From Candidatus Eiseniibacteriota bacterium (GTDB lineage Bacteria; Eisenbacteria; RBG-16-71-46): a stretch of 64,000 nt of DNA. A model generated the notes under the pieces. That model was not told the origin of the DNA and did not search any database. It saw only the letters and a list, made by a program, of their open reading frames with translations. Every line of letters begins with the position of its first letter. Position 1 is the stretch's first letter. A program made the position numbers and the translations under genes. Of the stretch, positions 9,031 through 18,806 are shown piece after piece. Where the stretch lies: positions 1,056,001 to 1,120,000 of the forward strand of contig CAVSAC010000010.1 of the NCBI GenBank assembly GCA_963725865.1, given 5' to 3'.

Positions 9031-9323
9031 TCACTCGATCGGCCACTGCAGGCAGAGCTGGTAACCGTCGGGGTCGGTGAGCGAGAGCTGCCGCATGCGG
9101 CGATCCGCGCGGGATCGGGCGCGGGCGGGCGCTCGTGCTGCTCGTACGCGGTGTTGAGCATCAGCTCCGCTCCGCCACGGCGCAGCAGCGCCCAGGCGGC
9201 GGCGTCCCCGGGCGGCGCCGCCGCGACCACTTCGAAGCCGAGCAGGTCGCGGTAGAAGCCCAGCGACCTGCGCATGTCGAACACTTCCAGGAGCGGGCAC
9301 AGCCCCTCGATCCGGATCCCCAT
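9031..9323 (-). pseudogene. VOC/glyoxalase family gene with internal deletion and frameshift
   Basis: N-half (PLLEVFDMRRSLGFYRDLLGFEV...LMLNTAYE..ERPPAPDPARIAA) joins out of frame to C-end (MRQLSLTDPDGYQLCLQWP). Confidence 0.8.
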
Positions 9324-9517
9324 GCGCTTCCTCCCCGGCCGGCGGCGGTCAGTTCACGAGGGCGGATGCTATCGCGTCCGGCGCCCCACCCCGAGCGAAA
9401 ATCCGTGAGCTGTCCCGCCTCGATTCCCGTATCGTGGTGGGTCGGACGCGCGGTACCCGGGCCTGCCTCCGACACCCACGCGCCCGCGATCCTGGGCCGC
9501 TCCGGAGGTCCGCAGTG

Positions 9518-12500
9518 ATGAGACGGTCGTGCGTGCCGCCCCTGCTCGCACTGCTGTGTCTGCTCGCGCGGTGCCCGGCGCTCGCCGCGGCGCCGCCCGC
9601 ACCGAATTCTGTGCGCCTCCAGCTCGATCAGGCCCATCAGTTCAGCGTCCAGGCCCGGTTCGCCGCGGTGGAGAGCCTGGCGACCGTGGTGCGCGACGAC
9701 CTGCAGCGACAGGCGCATCCGGACACGGTGCTGCTGGCCGAGGCCTGGAGCCTCATCGCCGAATCGCGCAATCGTCGCTTCCTGCTGTCGGATCCCACCG
9801 GCCGGCTCGCGTCGGAGCGGAGCCTCGAGTTGCTTCAGGCGTGCCGCTGCGGCCCCGACACGTTGCGGGTCGTCGATGATCGCGCGCTGGCGTGGGTGCT
9901 TGGCGCCACGCGCCGCACGCGGGACGCTCTCGGTCACTACCGCGCGGCGCTCGCGATCGTGGAGCGGCATCCGGAGTGGGGCCTGCTGCCATTCTCGGTC
10001 CTGCACTACAACGTCGGGGTGAGTCTCGGGAACCTCGGCGAGAACGACTCGGCACTGGCGGCCCTCTCCGAGGCGCTCGAGCTGCGGCGGCGCCTGGCGA
10101 TGCCGCGCGATCCCATGCCGGGCGACATCGAGGGCGTGCGGGGCACGATCCTCGAGCAGCAGGGGCGGTACGACCTCGCCGAGCTGTCGTTCCGCGACGC
10201 CATCCACACCGACGAGCAGGCGCTCGGCCCCGACAGCCCCGTGCTCAACGGCCCGCTCAGTCGCGCCGCGGCGTTCGCGTTCCGGCGCGGCGACTACGCG
10301 CGTGCGTACGACCTCTACGCGCGCGCCGCGCAAGTGCTGGTCGCCACGCCGAAGGATCCCAACCTGCTCGTCATGCGCGTCGGCATGGCGCAGACGCTGG
10401 ACCAGATGGGCGACGTGCAGCGGGCGCGCGCGATCTTCGAAGAGGTGCTGCCGGGGATGGAGGCCCGCTTCGGCGGCCAGAGCCCCGCGGTACTCGGCAG
10501 CTGGCTCAGCCTGGCCTCGGCCTGCAGCAAGCTGGGGGACGAAAAACGCGCGCACGAGCTCTACGGCAAGGTCCGCCAGGCCTACGCCGGCGACACCACG
10601 CGCACCGAGCGCGTCATGCTCGCGGCGGCGCTCACGAGCGAGGCGTTCCTGTTCGAACGGCTGGGCATACCCGACTCGGTCCTGAGCGTGGCGCGGCTGG
10701 CCGAGGAGATCGGCCGCGCCGACGGCACCCCGGATCCGACGACCATGGTCCAGGCGCTGACCTATCAGCTCCGAATTCGCGGTCGGCGGGGCGAGTGGGA
10801 CGAGGCCGACAGTCTCGACGCCAGGCTGCAGCGCGTGCTCGATCGCTCCACGCTGCAGGGGAACAACATGACCGACGATGCGTGGTGCGCGCGCAGCGAC
10901 GTCGCGGAGGAGCGCGGCCGCCATGCGGACGCGCTCGCTGCGGCAGCGGCGGGCGCGCAGGGCGCGCGCGAGCGGCTGCTGCGCAACGCCCGTGCGCTCT
11001 CGGACCGGCAGGCGCTGGTGATGGCCAACGTGCTCTCCACGCCGCTGGACCAGCTGCTGATGGTGGGCGCCGCGTCGGACCCGGCATCGATCCGGCGTTG
11101 CTGGGACGAGGTGGTGCGCACGCGCGGACTGGTGCGTGCCGAGGTGTCGCGCCGGCGCCTGCCGGCGGCGGCTGTCGGCGACACCGCGCTTGCGCGCGCC
11201 CACGGCACCTGGGTGCGCGCCGAGCAGCACCTGGCGCAGTTCGAGGTCGACGTCGCGGGCTCGCCGCGCGACCCCGAGATCGACTCCACGCTCGCCGCGC
11301 TGCGCGCCGCGGTCGACGAGTCGGAGCGCCGGCTGGCGATGGTCGCGGAGCGCGTGGTGCTGCCGGTCGATCCCGCGAGCGTGAACCTCGACGCCGTGCT
11401 CGCACGGCTGGCGCCGGGCCAGGCGCTGGTCGGCTTCGTCCAGTGCCCGCGCCGCGAGGGCACCCGCCACCTGCTGGCGTTCGTCGCCCGCGGCGGCACG
11501 AGCGAGGTGGTCTCGGCGGACCTCGGCGACGTCGACGAGTTGGCCGCGGTGCTCGGCGCGTGGCGCGGTCAGCTCGGGGAGCTCGATCCGCAGCGCCGCT
11601 CCGAGTCCGCCTGCCGTCGTGCGGGCGCGCAGGTGCGCGCGCGGGTGTGGGACCCGCTCGCGGCGGCGACCGGCGATGCGCGCGACGTGTTCGTGGTACC
11701 CGAGGCGCCGGTCGCCGGGCTGCCGTGGGGGGCGTTGCCGAGCGGCGCGCGCGGCTACCTGGTGGAGTCGGGCACCCACGTCCACGTGCTCGATGCCGAG
11801 CGCGAGCTGATGCCCGCAGGCGCGGCCTCCGACGGACGCGGGTTGCTGGCGGTCGGGGGTGTGGACTTCGATCGCGAGCCCGCGCGGGACGCGGCCACCT
11901 CCCCGACCGCCGCCACGAGCCGCGCGCCGCTGTCGGACTGTGACCGCGACGCGCTCTCCCACCTTCCACCGCTGCCCGGCACGGCGGCCGAGGTGCGCGA
12001 GGTGGCCGACGCGTGGTCGCAGGATTCGACCGCAGAGGGAGCCCCGACGCGGCTCGAGGGCGAGGCCGCCACCGAGAGCGCGTTCAAGCGGCTGGCCGGC
12101 CGCCAGCGGGTGCTCCATCTCGCCACGCACGGCATCGCGCTCAGCGACAGCTGCGGGCGCGGCATCCCCGGCGCGCGCGGGGCCGCGCACGCGGCGGACG
12201 GGAGTGCCCAGCCCGCCGCGGATCACCGCGCGACCGCGCGCGGGGTCGGCGGCGTGCGCCCGTTGGCCGCCGACCGCCATGGCACGCGCGCGCGTTCGAA
12301 GTCCGCGCCCGACTCCACCGCGGCGGTGTCCGCCGCGCGGGCGCCTTCGCCGTGGATGGGCCGCCAGGTCCTGCTCGCGCTCGCCGACGCCAACCACGCG
12401 CTCGAGCACCAGCGCGACGCGGACGACGGCCTGCTCACCGCCGAGGAGGTCACCACGCTGGACCTGCGCGGCGTCGACTGGGTGGTGCTCTCGGCGTGCC

Positions 12501-12781
12501 ACTCCGGAGTCGGCGAGTCGTGGGCGCGCGAGGGGGTGCTCGGGATGCAGCGCGCGTTCCACCTGGCGGGCGCGCGCACCGTGATCGCGAGCCAGTGGTC
12601 GGTCGATGACGACGCCACGCGCGACTGGATGCGGGCGCTCTACCAGGCGCGCGCGCACGGCGCGACCAGCGCCGCGCAGGCGATGGGCGACGCCAGCCGC
12701 GCGGTGCTCGCGGCGCGGCGGCACGGCCACCAGTCCACCCACCCGTTCTACTGGGCGGCGTTCACCGCGAGCGGCGAGTAG
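9518..12781 (+). CDS. Secreted TPR + CHAT (caspase-like) protease
   Basis: SD GGAGG; signal peptide; TPR-like helices; LPPLPGTAAEV, VLHLATHG, DGLLTAEEV, VVLSACHSG, FHLAGARTVIASQWSVDD, HPFYWAAF. Confidence 0.9.
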   Translation: MRRSCVPPLLALLCLLARCPALAAAPPAPNSVRLQLDQAHQFSVQARFAAVESLATVVRDDLQRQAHPDTVLLAEAWSLIAESRNRRFLLSDPTGRLASERSLELLQACRCGPDTLRVVDDRALAWVLGATRRTRDALGHYRAALAIVERHPEWGLLPFSVLHYNVGVSLGNLGENDSALAALSEALELRRRLAMPRDPMPGDIEGVRGTILEQQGRYDLAELSFRDAIHTDEQALGPDSPVLNGPLSRAAAFAFRRGDYARAYDLYARAAQVLVATPKDPNLLVMRVGMAQTLDQMGDVQRARAIFEEVLPGMEARFGGQSPAVLGSWLSLASACSKLGDEKRAHELYGKVRQAYAGDTTRTERVMLAAALTSEAFLFERLGIPDSVLSVARLAEEIGRADGTPDPTTMVQALTYQLRIRGRRGEWDEADSLDARLQRVLDRSTLQGNNMTDDAWCARSDVAEERGRHADALAAAAAGAQGARERLLRNARALSDRQALVMANVLSTPLDQLLMVGAASDPASIRRCWDEVVRTRGLVRAEVSRRRLPAAAVGDTALARAHGTWVRAEQHLAQFEVDVAGSPRDPEIDSTLAALRAAVDESERRLAMVAERVVLPVDPASVNLDAVLARLAPGQALVGFVQCPRREGTRHLLAFVARGGTSEVVSADLGDVDELAAVLGAWRGQLGELDPQRRSESACRRAGAQVRARVWDPLAAATGDARDVFVVPEAPVAGLPWGALPSGARGYLVESGTHVHVLDAERELMPAGAASDGRGLLAVGGVDFDREPARDAATSPTAATSRAPLSDCDRDALSHLPPLPGTAAEVREVADAWSQDSTAEGAPTRLEGEAATESAFKRLAGRQRVLHLATHGIALSDSCGRGIPGARGAAHAADGSAQPAADHRATARGVGGVRPLAADRHGTRARSKSAPDSTAAVSAARAPSPWMGRQVLLALADANHALEHQRDADDGLLTAEEVTTLDLRGVDWVVLSACHSGVGESWAREGVLGMQRAFHLAGARTVIASQWSVDDDATRDWMRALYQARAHGATSAAQAMGDASRAVLAARRHGHQSTHPFYWAAFTASGE

Positions 12782-13001
12782 CCCGGGGCGAGCGCGGCGG
12801 GTAACCGCGCGGGCTCCTGCTTCCGGGCGTCGGCGAGCGAACGGTCGTGCGCCCGCGGAGGCGTCCCGCGGCGGCCGCGCGGGCCCCGCTCACCTGTTTC
12901 GCGCTGCCGCGTGGACGCCGGACTCCCGCACGCGATCCTTGCCCCTGCCCAGAGTGGATGGAATACTCAACCGGCCGGTCCTGCCGGCGTCGGACCCCCT
13001 C

Positions 13002-15722
13002 ATGCACCAACACCTCGCCCGGCATGGCCGTGGCCTCCCGTGGGTGATGTTTGCCCTTCTGATACTCGGTGCGGGTCACGCCGTCGCCGCGACGACTCGC
13101 CTGAGTCGCTTCGACCCGGCGCTCGCGATCGTCGACAGCCTGCAGCGCGCGGGTGCCATGCCCGCCGCGTTCGCAATGCTCGACTCCCTCCAGACCGCAG
13201 CGCTGCGCCACGAGGATGCCGACCTGCGGATCGCGGCCAGCCTGGGGCGCGCGCGCGTGCTGCTGAATCTGGGGCAGGTGGACGAGGCGCAGGTGGCCCT
13301 GCGCGGGCTGGCAGCCGAGCTGCGCGCCCGCCGCGACACCCTGGCGCTCTGCCGGCTCACCCGCCACCTGGCGCGTGCGGACGAGATGCGCCGGCGCTCC
13401 GCCGAGGCGCGGGCGGGGTTTGCGCGCAGCCTCGCGATGGCCTCGGCCGCGCGGCTGCCCGCCGAGGTCGGCTGGTCGCTGGTGGGCCTCGCCTTCAACG
13501 ACATCAACGCCGGGCATGACCGCGACGCCCTGGCGCACTCGCGACGGGCGGCGGCTGCCTTCGCGCGCTCCGAGGATCGCCGCGGCGAGTTGACCGCGCG
13601 GGCCACGCTGGCGCGCACGCTCCAGGCGGCCAGCCGGGCGGCGGAGGCGCGCCGCGAGTACACCCACGCCATCGAGCAGGCGCACCGGCTGGGCGACCGC
13701 TTCCTCGAGGCGCAGAACCTGGACAACCTCGGCTCGCTCGAGGTGACGGCGGGCGATCCCTCGAAGGCGGCGGACCTGTTCCTGCGGGCCTTCGCGATCG
13801 AACGCCAGATGGGCCACACGCCGATGGCGCTCTGGTCGGCGAACGCGCTGGCGATCGTCTACCTGAACCAGGGCCGGCTCGCCGAGGCCGACTCCCTGCT
13901 GGGGATCGTGCTCCCCGAGGCGGAGCGCTACCGCGACCTCGAGATGCGCGCGAGGCTGCTCTGCCAGATGGGCGTGGTGCGGCGCGAGCAGGGGCGCCTC
14001 GCCGAGGCGGTGGAACTCGGCCGCCGCGCGATGGCATACGCCGACTCGATCCCGCTGCCCGCACTCCTCGGCATCACGCCCCCGCTCCAGGCCACCTACG
14101 AGCGGATGGGCCGCGACGGCGACGCGCTCGCGGTGGTCGACGGCCTGATCGCACGCTCACGCGACCGGCTGGATCCCGCCTACCTGCGCTCGCTCGGAGT
14201 GTCGCGGGCGGCGATCCTGCGCCGGCTCGGACGCCCGCGCGAAGCCCTCGCGCCCCTCCTGGCACTGGCGCAGGACCGGAGCGAGATCCCGGGCGGCGAC
14301 GATGGTGCAGAGCGACTCATCGATCTCACCGAGCTCGCACGCTGCTACCGCGACCTCGGCGAGGTCGACTCCTCGCTTGCGTGGTTCGCGCGGATCGCCG
14401 CCGGCTGGGAGCGCTGGCGCGGAACGACTCCCGATCCGAGCTGGCGCGAGAAGTACGACGACTTCGCGCGGCGATTCACCGGCGATCACGCGGCGGCGCT
14501 GCTCGACCCGCGGCGCCAGGTCCCGCCCGCGACGCGCGTGCGCGAGGCGTTCGATCTGCTCCAGCGATTCCGCGCCCGCACGCTCGCGGAGCGGATCCGC
14601 GGATCCGCGGCGACGGCCCCGGCGCGGATGACCCGCGCGGACGATCTGCAGCGCGGCGTATTGAGAGCCGACGAGGTGTTCCTGGACGTCCACGCGCTGC
14701 CCGAGACCACGCTCGTGTTCGCCGTGACGCGCGACGCGATCCGGGCCTACGGTGTCCGCCGCGCTGGCTCGCTGGTGCCCCGGCTCGAGCGCCTGCGCGG
14801 ACTGCTCGCCGATCCCGGCACGGCCGGCTCGCCGCTCGCGAGCGAGGCCGCAGGCGCGCTCGGCGCCGAGCTGCTCGGCCCTGCCGCCACGGTGCTGCCG
14901 CGCGGCGTGCGGTTGGTGGTCGCCGCGGGCACGCTCGCGCGCTACCCGCTCGAGCAGCTGCGGCTGCCCGGCGAGGCGGACGCGCTCCTGATGTCGCGCG
15001 AGGTGGCGTGGGTGCCCTCGGCGAGTCTGTTCGCCGCCGCGCGCACCGCACGAACGGGGCGCGCGGCGCGCCCGCTGCTGGTGGTGGCGCAGTCGGCGCC
15101 GGTCGGCGGTGTGAGCCTGCCCGGGGTGCGGCGCGAAGGGCGCTGGCTGGCGCAATCGTTCGCCGGCGCCGAGGTGATGACCGACGTGGGCGCGAACGCG
15201 GCCGGCGCGGTCGCCGCCCGCGCCCCGGCCTACCAGGTGCTCCACATCGCCGCGCACACGCGCTCGGGCGGCAGCCGCCCGTGGCAGGACGCCCTGTGCG
15301 TGGGCGCCGCCGACCGCGCGGACGCGTGGCTGACCGCCGAGCGGATCGCGCGGCTGCGGCTGCCGGCCCCCCTGTGCGTGCTCGCGGGCTGCAGCACGAT
15401 CGGCGGCGGCCACGATCAGGGCGAGACGCTCGACGGCCTCGCCTGCGCGTGGCTGGCGGCCGGCGCCCGCACCGTGCTCGCGACGCGCTGGGAGGTGGAC
15501 GACGCGTCCATGTCCGAGCTGATGCGGCGCTTCTACGAGCGGCTCGCGCGCGGCGAGGCGGCGGGCGCGGCGCTGCGCGGCGCGCAGCTGGAGCTGCGCG
15601 GGATCCCGCGGTTCGCGGCCCCCTACCACTGGGCGGGGGTGCTGCTGCTGGGCGATCCCGACACCCGGGTCCGGCTCACGCCGCGCGGCGGCGCGCGGCC
15701 CCCTGTGACGACGCTCCGCTAG
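13002..15722 (+). CDS. Secreted TPR + CHAT domain protein
   Basis: Signal peptide; TPR repeats; LPGVRRE, VLHIAAHT, VLAGCST, LAAGARTVLATRWEVDD, APYHWAG. Confidence 0.9.
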   Translation: MHQHLARHGRGLPWVMFALLILGAGHAVAATTRLSRFDPALAIVDSLQRAGAMPAAFAMLDSLQTAALRHEDADLRIAASLGRARVLLNLGQVDEAQVALRGLAAELRARRDTLALCRLTRHLARADEMRRRSAEARAGFARSLAMASAARLPAEVGWSLVGLAFNDINAGHDRDALAHSRRAAAAFARSEDRRGELTARATLARTLQAASRAAEARREYTHAIEQAHRLGDRFLEAQNLDNLGSLEVTAGDPSKAADLFLRAFAIERQMGHTPMALWSANALAIVYLNQGRLAEADSLLGIVLPEAERYRDLEMRARLLCQMGVVRREQGRLAEAVELGRRAMAYADSIPLPALLGITPPLQATYERMGRDGDALAVVDGLIARSRDRLDPAYLRSLGVSRAAILRRLGRPREALAPLLALAQDRSEIPGGDDGAERLIDLTELARCYRDLGEVDSSLAWFARIAAGWERWRGTTPDPSWREKYDDFARRFTGDHAAALLDPRRQVPPATRVREAFDLLQRFRARTLAERIRGSAATAPARMTRADDLQRGVLRADEVFLDVHALPETTLVFAVTRDAIRAYGVRRAGSLVPRLERLRGLLADPGTAGSPLASEAAGALGAELLGPAATVLPRGVRLVVAAGTLARYPLEQLRLPGEADALLMSREVAWVPSASLFAAARTARTGRAARPLLVVAQSAPVGGVSLPGVRREGRWLAQSFAGAEVMTDVGANAAGAVAARAPAYQVLHIAAHTRSGGSRPWQDALCVGAADRADAWLTAERIARLRLPAPLCVLAGCSTIGGGHDQGETLDGLACAWLAAGARTVLATRWEVDDASMSELMRRFYERLARGEAAGAALRGAQLELRGIPRFAAPYHWAGVLLLGDPDTRVRLTPRGGARPPVTTLR

Positions 15723-15732
15723 GATCGTTCCT

Positions 15733-16335
15733 ATGGTCAGGGACCCCGCGACCGACCCGGAATCCGACGAGGCCCTGGTGTCGCTGCACCTGCAGGATCC
15801 CCAGGGCGCCGGCGGACGTGCGGCCCTGGAGCGCCTGGTCGGCCGCTGGAGTCCACGGACGTACCGATGGGCCTTCCGGCTCGTGCGCGAGCGCGAGCAG
15901 GCGCTCGACGTCGCGCAGGATTGCCTGGTCCAGATGATTCAGGCGCTTCCGCGCTACCAGATGCGCGGGAGGTTCTCGGCGTGGTTGTTCACCATCGTGC
16001 ACAACCGCTGCCTCGACCACATTCGGCGGCAGCGGCGGGCAGCCGAGCCGGGCGCGGACCTCGACGCGTTCCCGGACCGGGGACCGGGACCCGAGGAGTG
16101 GGTCGAGCGTGAGCACGACCGCGAGCGTGTGTTCGCGGCGATGCGCGAGCGACTCGAGCCGCACGAGCGGATGGCGCTCTGGATGCGCGCCTACGAGGAG
16201 TTGAGCGTGGAGGACATCACACGCCTGCTGCGGCTCGAGGGCGCCTCGGGCGCACGCGGGCTGCTGCAGACCGCGCGGCGCAAGCTGCGAGCGGCGCTCG
16301 GAGACGAGGCCGCCGGATCGGAGGGACCCCGATGA
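15733..16335 (+). CDS. ECF sigma-70 factor
   Basis: Region 2 ALDVAQD...RFSAWLFTIVHNRCLDHIR; region 4 EELSVEDI...ARRKLR. Confidence 0.92.
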   Translation: MVRDPATDPESDEALVSLHLQDPQGAGGRAALERLVGRWSPRTYRWAFRLVREREQALDVAQDCLVQMIQALPRYQMRGRFSAWLFTIVHNRCLDHIRRQRRAAEPGADLDAFPDRGPGPEEWVEREHDRERVFAAMRERLEPHERMALWMRAYEELSVEDITRLLRLEGASGARGLLQTARRKLRAALGDEAAGSEGPR

Positions 16336-17000
16336 GTCCTGAGCGGATGAGCCCCGAGGAGTTCGCGCGCCTGATGGCGCTGCCGGCGGACCACCCAGAG
16401 CGGCGCCGGATGGAGCACTCGCCCGAGTTCGAGGCGCGGGTCCACCTGCTGCACGACTTCGAGTCACCGGGCGACGGCCAGCTCACTCCCGACGAGCGCG
16501 CCGCGGGTCGCGAGCTGGAGGCGCGACTGGCGCCGATGATCGCGACCGCGCGCGCGGCCGCGCCGCCGCGGACCCGGCGCGCGGCATGGTCGTGGCTGAA
16601 GGGCGGCGGGACTCCACGCGCCGCGCTGGCGTTCGCGAGCGTCGCGCTGGTCGCCGTGCTCGCGACCTGGATGACCACGCACGACGGCGCCCGGCGGGCG
16701 GTGCGCGGTGCACCGGAGACGGCGGCGTTCGAGCTGGCCGCGCCGCGCCCGACCGCGGGCGGAGTCCGCCTGGCGTGGCCCGCGGTGGCCGGGGCGGACC
16801 ACTACCGCCTGGTGTTCTTCGGCCCCGACATGGACGAGCGCGCGCGGATCGAGAGCCTGACGAGCACCACGCTCGAGCTGCGTGCGGGTGCGCTGCCCGC
16901 CGGGCTCACGGCGGGGACCGAAGCGTTGGTCGGGGTGGTCGCGCTGCACGGTCCCGATCCGCTCGCCACCACGCCCGCGCGGCTGGTGCGACTGCCGTAG
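16332..17000 (+). CDS. Single-pass membrane putative anti-sigma factor
   Basis: ATGA overlap with sigma gene; N-terminal helical domain, TM ALAFASVALVAVLATWM, beta-rich C-terminal domain (LAWPAVAGADHYRL). Confidence 0.7.
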   Translation: MSPERMSPEEFARLMALPADHPERRRMEHSPEFEARVHLLHDFESPGDGQLTPDERAAGRELEARLAPMIATARAAAPPRTRRAAWSWLKGGGTPRAALAFASVALVAVLATWMTTHDGARRAVRGAPETAAFELAAPRPTAGGVRLAWPAVAGADHYRLVFFGPDMDERARIESLTSTTLELRAGALPAGLTAGTEALVGVVALHGPDPLATTPARLVRLP

Positions 17001-17260
17001 CCGCGGCTCGCGCCGCCGCGGCGCGGGCAGCACCGTGCGGCGGAGCGCCGGCGCCGTGGGTGACAGCGGTCCCCGGCGCCCGCAGCCTGCCGCTCCCCCC
17101 CGCGAGTTGCCCCTCATAAAACTCTAGGCGCGGAGGCGCCGATTCGGGTATAAACGCGCGGTTGCCCTCCCCCTACCCCGGGGACAGGCCTCCAGCATCC
17201 GAATCACCTGCAGGCCGCTTCCGCGTCCGGTACCCCCACACGAGCACATCGGAGGCAGTC

Positions 17261-17908
17261 TTGGCGTTGAAGGCGTTCATCCCCCTGCTCGCCCTCGCGA
17301 CGACGGCGGCGGTCGTGGCTGGATGCGCTCGGACCCCGGGCCCGGGACTGGCCCGGGGCGAGCAGATCTACGACACCTGCGTGCCCTGCCACGGCAAGGC
17401 GGGCCGCGGAGACGCCACGATCGGCGCCCCGCAGATCGCCGGTCTCCCCAAGTGGTACCTGGTCGCTCAGCTCACCAAGTTCAAGAGCGGGTTGCGCGGC
17501 GCCCACCCCGACGATGACTCCGGGGAGCGCATGCGACCGATGGCGCGCTCGCTCTACCGCGAAGGCGACGTGGAATCGGTGGCGGAGTACGTGGCCACGC
17601 TGCCGCCCGCGAAGCCGGCGCCGACGCTGCGCGCGGGCGACGCTGGGGGCGGCCAGGTGCGATTCACCACCATCTGCGTGACCTGCCACGGCCCCGATGC
17701 CGCCGGCAACGAGGCCCTGGGCGCCCCGCCGCTGAACCACCAGGCCGACTGGTACATGCTCGCCCAGCTCACCAAGTTCAAGGGCGGACTGCGCGGAGCG
17801 AATCCCGCCGACGCGTTCGGCGGCCAGATGGCGGCGATGAGCCAGACTCTCGAGGACACCACGGCGATGAAGGACGTCATCGCCTACATCCGCACCCTCC
17901 AGAAGTGA
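17261..17908 (+). CDS. Di-heme cytochrome c4-type lipoprotein
   Basis: Two CxxCH motifs (CVPCH, CVTCH); duplicated YL.AQLTKFK.G.RG; lipobox VAGC; SD GGAGG before TTG. Confidence 0.9.
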   Translation: MALKAFIPLLALATTAAVVAGCARTPGPGLARGEQIYDTCVPCHGKAGRGDATIGAPQIAGLPKWYLVAQLTKFKSGLRGAHPDDDSGERMRPMARSLYREGDVESVAEYVATLPPAKPAPTLRAGDAGGGQVRFTTICVTCHGPDAAGNEALGAPPLNHQADWYMLAQLTKFKGGLRGANPADAFGGQMAAMSQTLEDTTAMKDVIAYIRTLQK

Positions 17909-17924
17909 GGCACCGAGAACCACG

Positions 17925-18047
17925 ATGGCTGACACCGACGAACGGGACACGCTGTGGGGCGAGCACACCGCGCGCCTGACCTTCCTCTGGACGATCGTGG
18001 GCGCCGCGCTGTTCGCGGCGGTCGTGTTCGTCTTCGTCCTCCGATGA
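17925..18047 (+). CDS. 40-aa single-TM protein in oxidase operon (below ORF-track cutoff)
   Basis: MADTDERDTLWGEHTARLTFLWTIVGAALFAAVVFVFVLR; G/C-ending codons; fills gap between cyt c and coxB. Confidence 0.7.
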   Translation: MADTDERDTLWGEHTARLTFLWTIVGAALFAAVVFVFVLR

Positions 18048-18063
18048 GCCGGGGGCCGGCGCG

Positions 18064-18795
18064 ATGATCGACTACTTCGTCCAGAGCCTCTCGACCTACT
18101 CCCACGACGTGGACCAGCTCGTGATGCTGGTCACCGTGCTCGTGGGCTTCTGGTTCATCGCCGCCGAGCTGATGTTCTTCTGGCTGATCTTCCGCTTCCG
18201 CGCCCGCCCGGGCGTGCCGGCGCAGTACATCACCGGCAAGGAGAAGCACCTCAAGCGCTGGCTCAACATCCCGCACAGCATCATCCTCGTGTGCGACGTC
18301 GTGATCATCGTCGCGGCGGTGCGGGTGTGGGTGAAGGTCAAGCAGACGCTGCCGCCCGCCGACGAAGTGGTGCGCGTGACCAGCCAGCAGTGGGCCTGGA
18401 CGTTCCAACACCCGGGAGCGGACGGCCTGCTCGACACCCCCGACGACATCCGCACCACGGACTCGCTCCACGTCGAGGTCGGCAAGACCTATCACTTCCT
18501 GCTCGAATCCAAGGACGTGCTCCACAGCTTCTTCGTCCCGGTGTTCCGCCTGAAGCAGGACGCGGTGCCGGGCCGCACGATCACCGGCTGGTTCCGCGCC
18601 ACGAAGCCCGGCGTGCACGACATCCTGTGCGCCGAGATCTGCGGGGTCGCCCACGGCCTCATGGGCGGCGAGATCGTCATCGAGACCCACGCGCAGCACG
18701 CGGCCTGGGTCCAGTCCCACTCGGCGGTCGCGGACGCCGCGCCCACCACGACCGCGCCCACCGACGCCGCGCCCACCGGCGCCGCCACGAACTGA
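18064..18795 (+). CDS. coxB: Cytochrome c oxidase subunit II
   Basis: QWAWTF, DVLHSF, CuA motif CAEICGVAHGLM. Confidence 0.95.
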   Translation: MIDYFVQSLSTYSHDVDQLVMLVTVLVGFWFIAAELMFFWLIFRFRARPGVPAQYITGKEKHLKRWLNIPHSIILVCDVVIIVAAVRVWVKVKQTLPPADEVVRVTSQQWAWTFQHPGADGLLDTPDDIRTTDSLHVEVGKTYHFLLESKDVLHSFFVPVFRLKQDAVPGRTITGWFRATKPGVHDILCAEICGVAHGLMGGEIVIETHAQHAAWVQSHSAVADAAPTTTAPTDAAPTGAATN

Positions 18796-18806
18796 CGGGG
18801 AGCCCG

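Noticed and set aside
9161..12742. Very long antisense/alternative-frame ORFs (also 1029-3434, 29415-33872, 35541-38177, 53482-55911, 60955-63453)
   Set aside because: Shadow ORFs expected in very high-GC DNA; Arg/Ala/Pro-rich, no motifs, and they overlap well-supported genes
9518..17000. Type III-E CRISPR/Craspase locus
   Set aside because: No cas genes or CRISPR array in the window, and the CHAT proteins carry signal peptides
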